Below are positions 1 through 6,336 of a DNA stretch of 13,287 nucleotides, one piece after another; within the stretch, counting starts at the first letter, position 1; every line of letters begins with the position of its first letter. Source of the stretch: a virus (Duplodnaviria; Heunggongvirae; Uroviricota; Caudoviricetes); the IMG/VR virus record IMGVR_UViG_2802429225_000001; one strand, written 5' to 3'. Both the position numbers and the translations under genes were made by a program. Under the pieces are notes generated by a model. The model was not told where the DNA came from and made no database searches. It saw nothing but the letters and a program-made list of their open reading frames with translations.

Positions 1-489
1 TTCGTCCCGTATACCGCCATGCAGGACGATAGCGCCCCGACAGGCCAGCGCATCTGGGAAGAGTTACAGAGCGGCAAATGGGGAGAAATAACCCCGTTCA
101 CCGTCACGCCGGAACTTATCACCGCGGCGAAGGATGCCAAAAAGCGGGAAATCGAGGTGTGGCGCACAGAACAGGAGGCGCAGCCGTTCACGTTCGAATG
201 GAACGGTCGTAGCTGGAATGCTGGCCCCAGCTCACTGGCCCGTATCTATCCGGTGGTAATGGCATCAAAATCCGACACAGCGCGGGACGTTATGACATGG
301 GGTGATGCCGATAATCAGCAAGTGAAGATGTCGATGCCAGAGCTTGAGGAGCTGGCTACAGCTATGGCGCAGGCGCAGGTTAACCGCAATGATGAAATTT
401 ATCGACGTCAGCGACAGATGAAGGACGTGCTGGATGGCCTGAATAATCTTGCCGACATCCGCGCTTTTCAGACTGGAGAGTCAGAATGA
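1..489 (+). CDS. Phage tail-fibre-assembly-like protein, DUF4376-type C-terminal domain; reading frame is open to window position 1, so the 5' end probably lies outside the window (first in-window Met at 19)
   Basis: ORF 19..489 with no in-frame stop between 1 and 18 and no Shine-Dalgarno before Met19. Pattern WR..EA..FTFEWNG..W...W.DADN..V.M...RQRQMK matches my recollection of the DUF4376 signature. Stop overlaps next start (ATGA at 486-489). Confidence 0.5.
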   Translation, partial: FVPYTAMQDDSAPTGQRIWEELQSGKWGEITPFTVTPELITAAKDAKKREIEVWRTEQEAQPFTFEWNGRSWNAGPSSLARIYPVVMASKSDTARDVMTWGDADNQQVKMSMPELEELATAMAQAQVNRNDEIYRRQRQMKDVLDGLNNLADIRAFQTGESE

Positions 490-1199
490 AATGGGAAAAG
501 GCAATTCTGCGTCCGTCAGCCATGCACATTAAATGCTCTGTGGTTTGCCTTCATCCATGGTCAGAAAATACCGGAAACATCAAACCATCGGGGCGTTATC
601 TCAGCCCCGAAAATGCTGTATCTGCACTTTTACCCTATCTGAAAGAAAGCACAGAAAAAGACATTGTGGCGCTGTTATTTTGCACCCCTTCTGCTGGCGA
701 GTTTTTATCACTCGCCAGGCAATTTTCAGGCGCATTTCCGTTGCCGGAGGTGGGACGAATGTCCCGCATGATCTCCAGCCAGCTTTCACTGGCCATCAGC
801 AGAATGCAAATCCCCGCCAGACCGGCAACATCACTTCCGGAACCGATAATGCTGTCGACACAGACCACTCGAAGCATGTCGCTGGCGGCAACCATTGCAC
901 AGGCAGCCACTCCTGCCGCCACATCACCGGAAACATTGTCATCATCGCTGCATCAGTTCATGAATGCGAGAGATAAAGCCTTACAGGAAATCGCTGATCA
1001 GCAGGCCGCACTCCGGCAAAAATTTTGCCCGGTGTGGCGCTTTTGCTACAAGGGAGCTCTTAGCCAGGCTGCAGTGCTGATACAAAAAAACATCCCACAC
1101 CCCGAGTGGGTTTTTACAGCTGTGATGCTGTTCGTCGGCGATAATCTCTCATCACTAAGGGAAGCACTACATGACCCAGATGATTGTCCTTGCGCTTGA
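486..1199 (+). CDS. Hypothetical prophage protein (237 aa), function unknown
   Basis: Longest ORF in region; ATGA start/stop overlap with upstream gene and 29-nt overlap with downstream gene suggest a coupled operon. Rare-codon content is fairly high and the protein is S/T/A/P-rich, so the frame call is moderate. Confidence 0.45.
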   Translation: MKWEKAILRPSAMHIKCSVVCLHPWSENTGNIKPSGRYLSPENAVSALLPYLKESTEKDIVALLFCTPSAGEFLSLARQFSGAFPLPEVGRMSRMISSQLSLAISRMQIPARPATSLPEPIMLSTQTTRSMSLAATIAQAATPAATSPETLSSSLHQFMNARDKALQEIADQQAALRQKFCPVWRFCYKGALSQAAVLIQKNIPHPEWVFTAVMLFVGDNLSSLREALHDPDDCPCA

Positions 1200-1746
1200 C
1201 GGGGAAGCCATTCTGCTGCGCAACATCACCGTCAGCGCCACCATGCAACTACCGGACAAAGATATGTCCGGACAGTCAACCAGCACCACGAGCGCCCAGC
1301 AGGGAAACAAGGCTAAAGAGCTGCGCGTGTCGGGGGTTATTGATTTTAACGATGAAGCTATTCTGACCCGTATTTTTCAGCTTGCGGAGGCAACAGAAAG
1401 CAACGGTGCTAAAAAAACATATCGCATTGCTAACGCTACCGCGAAGGCAATCAATATGCGACAGGGGGTATTTTCTGGTGGCATTGATGCCACGGAACAA
1501 CAGGGAAAAATGCACTGGCAGGTCACCTTTACTCTCAGGGAAAAATTAAGCGTGCCAGAGAAAGCATCAGCACGTAGCGGTTCACAAAAAACCATCGCCA
1601 GACAGCAGACCCAGAATGGCAGCGAACAGGCACCAGACAAAGGCATGAATACGCAAAGTTCGTTCTGGAAAAAAATCAATGATGCCGTTGGCTCTGGTCT
1701 GGATGCTGTTGGCATTGGGAGCGTGAAAGAGGAAGGGAAAACATGA
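1171..1746 (+). CDS. Hypothetical prophage protein (191 aa); possibly a tail-associated protein
   Basis: ORF with AAGGGA Shine-Dalgarno-like sequence about 7 nt before ATG 1171; stop overlaps next start (ATGA at 1743-1746). No motif I can assign confidently. Confidence 0.5.
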   Translation: MTQMIVLALDGEAILLRNITVSATMQLPDKDMSGQSTSTTSAQQGNKAKELRVSGVIDFNDEAILTRIFQLAEATESNGAKKTYRIANATAKAINMRQGVFSGGIDATEQQGKMHWQVTFTLREKLSVPEKASARSGSQKTIARQQTQNGSEQAPDKGMNTQSSFWKKINDAVGSGLDAVGIGSVKEEGKT

Positions 1747-3440
1747 AATTGATACAACGCTGCATGATTAATGGCGAACAGGTGGAAATTGCCGATATAA
1801 ACCTTGTTCTTACCCTGAATGCTGCCGGTCGTGGCTTCATTTCTGTTAACAATCTGTCACCCGAACACAGCCTTGCCGGCGCAATGGTACAAATTGATCT
1901 CGGCCGTGACGGTGAAGCATGGCGCTATTTCTCCGGCTACATTGAGCGCGATCAACCTGCTGAAAATGGCTCACGTCGCCTTTTTATCCGTGAAGCAGCT
2001 GCTGTGCTGGATTTTGATTTCCCTTGCTCCATGCAACACCCGACGTTGCGGGGGGTACTCGATAATCTGGGCAAACAAAGCGGCATCGTTTTCATCACGC
2101 CAGATGCGGATTACGTCAGCATACCAACTCCCTACATCACCCACAGCGGCAGCGGAGCACAACTGCTCAGCCAACTGGGGCGAGCATTCAGTATCAGCGA
2201 TTACGTCTGGCATCCAATGCCGGACGGTTCTGTATTTGTGGGAAGCGCAGCTGATTCACGATTTGCCAGTATTACAATGCCGGATATTCCGCAACAGTAC
2301 ACACTCGGGCAAAGCGGCGGAAACAGCATCGACATCATGTTTATGGAAACTGTGCGACCGGGCGTGAACCTACCGGCCGGGCGCATTACCCGTGTAGCCC
2401 TCAACAACGAGAAAATGACCCTGACATGGGAGCGCCTTACCGCCACGGGTAGCCCTGTTTCCAAATCACCATTACGCAGACAAATGGAAACACAGTTCCC
2501 GGAACTGGCCAGCGGTACTCTTCATACCCGGCTGGCGCGCGTCATTGCCCCAACGGAATCCGTCACCCTGGGCGATGTAGCCGACAGCTTCCGCCCACGC
2601 TACGCCGTTGATGTGCAGTTGCTTGATGAGAACGGCAACGATAAAAACGATACACCTGTTTACCCGGCAGTACCCCTCCCCGTCCCCATGGCTGGCAGTG
2701 AGGCGGGATGTTTTGCCTACCCGCCGGCTGGCACCATCGTGGAAATATCCAACATTGAAGGACGACCGGATAAACCTGTCATCAGGCAAATCTTACCCGC
2801 GGGCCATAACCTGCCTGATGTAAAGCCCGGCGAACAGCTGCAGCAACAGCGCGCAGAAGTGTTTCAGCGCGTCACGACTGACGGAAGCTGGCACAGAGAA
2901 ACCGATCAGCAAATCAGGGAGCATTCAGCCAGGCGAACCATTAACAGCGATCAGGAAGAACGCACAACAACAACCAGAACAACAACAGTACAGGCAAACG
3001 ACATAACCAGCGTTCTGGGAACCAGCAAGCTGATGACAGGCCAGACAGAACACATTACTACTGGCCATTATGCGATCGCAGCCGGTGAGCATATCCAGAT
3101 GGTAGCGCAGGATTTGCTGACTAAACTCAAAGGGGCGACATCCACCATCGAACATAACCTCACCGAAAATGTGGGAGGCCGCAGAACATGCCGGGCGGAC
3201 GGCGGCCTGGAATTTACCGCCCCGACTGTATTTATCGGTCGCGGTGGCTCACGGGAAAAATCCGGACTTAATCTGCTGACGTTGTTGATTGATATTCTGG
3301 ATCTGGTTCAGTTGCTGGCCACACACACTGCAAACCATACCCATAGCAATACTGGCGCACCAACAAACAGCAGCGAACTTGCCACAGACGCCCAACAGGC
3401 TACGAGCCTGCGCGAAAAATACGGTGACCTTATCGCCTGA
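1743..3440 (+). CDS. Prophage structural-type protein (565 aa); possible baseplate hub (gpD/gp27/VgrG-like N-terminal region) with Thr-rich linker and His-cluster C-terminal region
   Basis: Long ORF, translationally coupled to upstream gene. N-terminal segment (AWRYFSGYIER ... LRGVLDNLGKQSGIV) resembles the conserved hub motif of gpD/VgrG proteins as I recall it; C-terminal part has ERTTTTRTTTV and HTANHTHSNTG (HxH-type cluster as in spike tips). Functional call is by-eye only. Confidence 0.6.
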   Translation: MKLIQRCMINGEQVEIADINLVLTLNAAGRGFISVNNLSPEHSLAGAMVQIDLGRDGEAWRYFSGYIERDQPAENGSRRLFIREAAAVLDFDFPCSMQHPTLRGVLDNLGKQSGIVFITPDADYVSIPTPYITHSGSGAQLLSQLGRAFSISDYVWHPMPDGSVFVGSAADSRFASITMPDIPQQYTLGQSGGNSIDIMFMETVRPGVNLPAGRITRVALNNEKMTLTWERLTATGSPVSKSPLRRQMETQFPELASGTLHTRLARVIAPTESVTLGDVADSFRPRYAVDVQLLDENGNDKNDTPVYPAVPLPVPMAGSEAGCFAYPPAGTIVEISNIEGRPDKPVIRQILPAGHNLPDVKPGEQLQQQRAEVFQRVTTDGSWHRETDQQIREHSARRTINSDQEERTTTTRTTTVQANDITSVLGTSKLMTGQTEHITTGHYAIAAGEHIQMVAQDLLTKLKGATSTIEHNLTENVGGRRTCRADGGLEFTAPTVFIGRGGSREKSGLNLLTLLIDILDLVQLLATHTANHTHSNTGAPTNSSELATDAQQATSLREKYGDLIA

Positions 3441-3479
3441 TCACCGGGCATAAAGCCCCCCATAAACGCCCCATCACGC

Positions 3480-3508
3480 AACGCACGGCTCCGGTCGTGC
3501 GTTTTCAT
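3480..3508 (+). terminator. Candidate intrinsic terminator after the 565-aa gene
   Basis: Stem ACGCACG (3481-3487) / CGTGCGT (3496-3502), 8-nt loop, followed by TTTTC; lies 40 nt after the stop at 3440. Confidence 0.4.
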
Positions 3509-3983
3509 ATCTGCCACCTGATTAATGCGTTCTGCGTGCCATTCCGGCGCTGTATGCGCACACCACGTAAACGGTGTGACGTAAAGCGTGAGGTGACGTA
3601 AACCGCGCTACCCCCTCCAACCCGCGGGTTTTGTGTCGAAACACTTTTTCAGTTTTCTGCCGTGCAAAAATGACCGCCAGCCCGCGCAGCAACTGAGGGA
3701 AAAGCGAAGATCTGAAATTTCACGTTTTGAAATTTTTTGCAGTTTTCAGAGAGGTTTTTACGATCGCACAAATGGCAGGGGCAATAAAACTGCATGATAT
3801 TAAAAGAGTTTTCATGCTTTACGTGGGACAAGACACGATCGCGAAAGGATCGCGTTAAACAACTCTCAAACAAAGAAGCCAGACGCAGCGCGGCCTGCGT
3901 AAAATCAAGAGCCAGAATTAAACTGAAAAAAGGATCAATACCACGCCTCGATCGCGCATGACGATCTATGCAGCAACATGACG

Positions 3984-4050
3984 AAAAAAAACCGGCGCGA
4001 ACGCCGGCGGAAGCATGTATCAAATGCGTGACTGAATAATGTCTGCGGTC
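3984..4050 (-). ncRNA. Candidate small RNA (about 67 nt) with its own promoter and intrinsic terminator, divergent from the hok-like promoter
   Basis: On the minus strand: -35 TTGAGG (4079-4084), 16-nt spacer, extended -10 TGaTATAAA (4057-4065), then about 67 nt ending in hairpin CCGGCG-UUCG-CGCCGG (3992-4007) followed by eight U (A-run 3984-3991 on plus strand). No convincing ORF or Shine-Dalgarno inside. Confidence 0.35.
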
Positions 4051-4088
4051 GGGAATTTTATATCAGAAGACTGACAGGCCTCAACGGA

Positions 4089-4118
4089 TTGAAACAAGGG
4101 AAAAAACCAGGCTAGAAT
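4089..4118 (+). promoter_or_regulatory. Candidate sigma70 promoter of the hok-like mRNA
   Basis: TTGAAA (4089-4094), 18-nt spacer, TAGAAT (4113-4118); predicted start near 4125, exactly where the 5' element complementary to the 3' end begins. Confidence 0.45.
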
Positions 4119-4168
4119 TCGCGCGGGTGCCTTTCGGCTGATGGCTGGAGGGAATACCTGAAGGCCGG

Positions 4169-4351
4169 ATGTGGAAAGGCCCCGGAAAACATTTTTGTTT
4201 AACCGAGGCCCTAACCGTCTACCTAGCAAGTGATAGGTTAGCGCCTCCCCGAAAAAGGAGCAAGCGCTATGTCGCAAAAATCGCTTACAGCCATCACGTT
4301 CTGTGTGACGGCAATCCTCATCATCTGGATGCTGCACGGCTCGCTGTGTGA
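4169..4351 (+). CDS. mok-like overlapping reading frame (60 aa) upstream of and overlapping the hok-like toxin gene
   Basis: ORF starts at ATG 4169 (GAAGG 4160-4164 upstream), is in a different frame from the toxin ORF and ends inside it, as mok does in hok/sok loci. Protein shows no recognisable domain, so the role is by position only. Confidence 0.3.
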   Translation: MWKGPGKHFCLTEALTVYLASDRLAPPRKRSKRYVAKIAYSHHVLCDGNPHHLDAARLAV

Positions 4352-4409
4352 AATACGGATGAGCTTCTGGGGAGCGGAGTTTGCGGCGTTCTTACAGTGT
4401 AAGCAGTAA
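4269..4409 (+). CDS. hok: Hok/Gef-family type I toxin (46 aa small membrane peptide)
   Basis: ATG 4269 preceded by AAGGAG (4255-4260, 8-nt spacer). Translation MSQKSLTAITFCVTAILIIWMLHGSLCEIRMSFWGAEFAAFLQCKQ has a hydrophobic N-terminal helix plus the SLCEIR ... E.AAF motif shared with Hok (R1) and HokA. Below the size cut-off of the supplied ORF track. Confidence 0.7.
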   Translation: MSQKSLTAITFCVTAILIIWMLHGSLCEIRMSFWGAEFAAFLQCKQ

Positions 4410-4495
4410 GGAAACCGCGACGGGGGAGTAATCCCCCGTCAATCGGTTGCTAAGGTTGGTCGAAACGGCACCCTATCTCACAGACATGAACAACA

Positions 4496-4530
4496 AACCC
4501 GCAGCGTAAAAACTGCGGGTTTTCTTTTTG
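4496..4530 (+). terminator. Intrinsic terminator of the hok-like transcript
   Basis: Stem AACCCGCAG (4496-4504) / CTGCGGGTT (4513-4521), loop CGTAAAAA, followed by TTTCTTTTTGTTG. Confidence 0.6.
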
Positions 4531-4579
4531 TTGCCCTCACAAATGAGGGTGACACTATTCGTAAGCAATAGGCATGACA

Positions 4580-4627
4580 GATCGATGCAATAAATCCGAT
4601 CGATAAAAACGATCGGTTTGTTATCAT
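4580..4627 (+). promoter_or_regulatory. Regulatory region of the com-methyltransferase operon: three clustered GATC sites plus candidate extended -10 promoter
   Basis: GATC at 4580-4583, 4598-4601 and 4611-4614 (two within ATCGAT); TGtTATCAT extended -10 at 4619-4627 with no good -35 (the -35 position coincides with a GATC). Resembles the layout upstream of Mu mom. Confidence 0.4.
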
Positions 4628-4661
4628 ATCGGCAGCAGTAACCACACAAGAGGTGCCGCAA

Positions 4662-4859
4662 ATGACGCAAAATGTACGATGCAAAAATTGCAACAAACTA
4701 CTTGCCCGCGCCTCATTTCACTACATTGAAATAAAATGTCCGCGCTGCAAAACACTTAACCAGATAACGAGAGCCATTGAGCACCCCACACGCATGAGGA
4801 GTTATGACCGTGGGGATCGCAACCCAGCATCAACCAGTACATACACCGGAACACACTAA
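4662..4859 (+). CDS. com: Com-like zinc-finger translational regulator (65 aa from ATG 4662; the ORF track starts 3 codons earlier at GTG 4653)
   Basis: AAGAGGTG Shine-Dalgarno (4648-4655) 6 nt before ATG 4662. Protein MTQNVRCKNCNKLLARASFHYIEIKCPRCK ... EHPT carries the CxxC ... CxxC motif and surrounding residues of phage Mu Com. Confidence 0.8.
   Translation: MTQNVRCKNCNKLLARASFHYIEIKCPRCKTLNQITRAIEHPTRMRSYDRGDRNPASTSTYTGTH
4784..4815 (+). promoter_or_regulatory. Stem-loop sequestering the methyltransferase ribosome-binding site and start codon (candidate Com-responsive translational operator)
   Basis: CCCCAC (4784-4789) pairs with GTGGGG (4810-4815); the 20-nt loop holds GAGGAG (4796-4801) and ATG 4804. 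Lies inside the 3' end of com. Confidence 0.4.
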
Positions 4860-5610
4860 GATTTACCAGATTGACAATGCCACGCTCTGTCGTGGAAATG
4901 CACTGGAAATATTGCCGCTGATTGAGCCAGAAAGCATTGATGCCTTAATCACTGACCCGCCTTACAGTTCGGGTGCGACACACAAGGCCGGACGCACCAA
5001 CCAGGGCAGTCATGCAAAATATCTGAACGGCGAGAACCTTCACCGCTTTGATGGGTTCGCGGGTGAGAACATGGACGCCCGTTCGTGGGCTTACTGGACA
5101 CAATTATGGATGGCACAGGCACTACGTGCAGTCAGGTCGGGCGGTTATGCCCTGGTATTTACTGACTGGCGACAACTGCCTGCTTTAACCGATGCGTTTC
5201 AGGCCAGCGGTTTTACATGGCGTGGAATCATTGCGTGGAACAAAGGAAAGGGGTCACGAACACCCCATACGGGGTATTTCCGGCATCAGTGCGAATACAT
5301 CGTCTGGGGCAGCAAAGGCCATTTAGGTAAATCGCCTTCGGGTCCGTTCGACGGCTGCATGACGTTCCCGGTTATCCCGTCAAAGAAAATGCACCCGACC
5401 GGAAAACCAGAAGAACTAATGGCAGAGCTGGTCAGAACTGCGAATAGTGGCGGAACAGTCCTTGATCCTTTTATGGGGTCAGGGACAACGGGTGTGGCTG
5501 CACTGAAAGCAGGGCGAAAATTTATTGGTATAGAAACCAGTGATCATTATTTTGAGGTAGCGGCGCAGCGGCTTCGGGGGACTATTACCACAACCATTTC
5601 GACTACATAA
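4804..5610 (+). CDS. DNA amino-methyltransferase, beta class (N6-adenine or N4-cytosine; N6_N4_Mtase type), 268 aa
   Basis: Motif IV DPPY (LITDPPYSS) precedes HPTGKP and motif I DPFMGSGTT, the beta-class order (IV before I). Start overlaps the com 3' end out of frame (ATG 4804; alternative GTG 4810). Confidence 0.85.
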   Translation: MTVGIATQHQPVHTPEHTKIYQIDNATLCRGNALEILPLIEPESIDALITDPPYSSGATHKAGRTNQGSHAKYLNGENLHRFDGFAGENMDARSWAYWTQLWMAQALRAVRSGGYALVFTDWRQLPALTDAFQASGFTWRGIIAWNKGKGSRTPHTGYFRHQCEYIVWGSKGHLGKSPSGPFDGCMTFPVIPSKKMHPTGKPEELMAELVRTANSGGTVLDPFMGSGTTGVAALKAGRKFIGIETSDHYFEVAAQRLRGTITTTISTT

Positions 5611-5640
5611 GACAAAGCCCGCATTTTTTGCGGGCTTGTC
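5611..5640 (+). terminator. Hairpin immediately after the methyltransferase stop (candidate terminator; T-run is in the loop, not 3' of the stem)
   Basis: GACAAAGCCCGCA (5611-5623) / TGCGGGCTTGTC (5629-5640) with TTTTT loop; starts 1 nt after the TAA at 5608-5610. Confidence 0.35.
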
Positions 5641-5711
5641 TATCCTTACTGATGTGGACAGTTTGTGGATGCTTATAAGAAATAAGCTAATAGAAACAAT
5701 CTGTTAGATTT

Positions 5712-5737
5712 ACAAAAAACGCGCCCGAAGGCGCGTT
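5712..5737 (-). terminator. raiA intrinsic terminator
   Basis: On the minus strand: AACGCGCC-UUCG-GGCGCGUU followed by UUUUUU (plus-strand A-run 5714-5719); 24 nt downstream of the raiA stop. Confidence 0.6.
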
Positions 5738-5760
5738 GGCGATACACTCAATATAAAGGA

Positions 5761-6156
<396 letters not shown>

Positions 6157-6336
6157 TCAAAATGTGTGATGGAAATCTCATAATTTTGTCACTTTTTGTC
6201 AACGAAGTTTTTTTGTGAGAAATCGCAGGAAGAAGTGTTTTTTTACTTGAGGAATGTCTCAAAGCGAGCCATATTTGATGAGATCGATCGCGACTAAATC
6301 GCTTCAGTTACACGCGTTACAGAATAAAAAAACGGC

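Noticed and set aside
533-976. Alternative plus-strand ORF (147 aa), minus-strand ORFs 601-789 and 635-922, and plus-strand ORF 1184-1366, all overlapping the 237-aa and 191-aa genes
   Set aside because: Shorter than and nested in the coupled frame-0 genes; the 147-aa product is Arg/His/Cys-rich and non-protein-like. The 95-aa minus-strand product looks moderately protein-like, so the 237-aa frame call keeps only moderate confidence.
1276-3517. Overlapping and antisense ORFs on the 191-aa and 565-aa genes (1276-1515, 1377-1757, 1819-2367, 1971-2213, 2201-2464, 2472-2789, 2608-2823, 2925-3155, 3308-3517)
   Set aside because: All overlap longer, translationally coupled genes on the plus strand; no independent start signals.
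3814-3858. 14-codon mini-ORF (MLYVGQDTIAKGSR) with AAGAG upstream
   Set aside because: Too short and no supporting conservation visible; could be a leader peptide, but not supportable from sequence alone.
3649-4337. Minus-strand ORFs 3649-4023 (124 aa) and 4020-4337 (105 aa)
   Set aside because: Non-ATG starts, low-complexity Cys/Arg-rich products, and they run through a terminator and promoters and antisense to the hok-like gene; treated as non-coding.
4473-4696. Minus-strand ORFs 4473-4670 and 4478-4696
   Set aside because: They run antisense through the hok terminator, the GATC promoter region and the com start; no start signals.
5611-5760. Phage Mu right-end terminal sequence and transposase-binding repeats
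   Set aside because: Looked for a Mu-type terminal ...TTCA and CGAAAA-type repeats before the raiA terminator; none present, so I do not call this a Mu prophage end.
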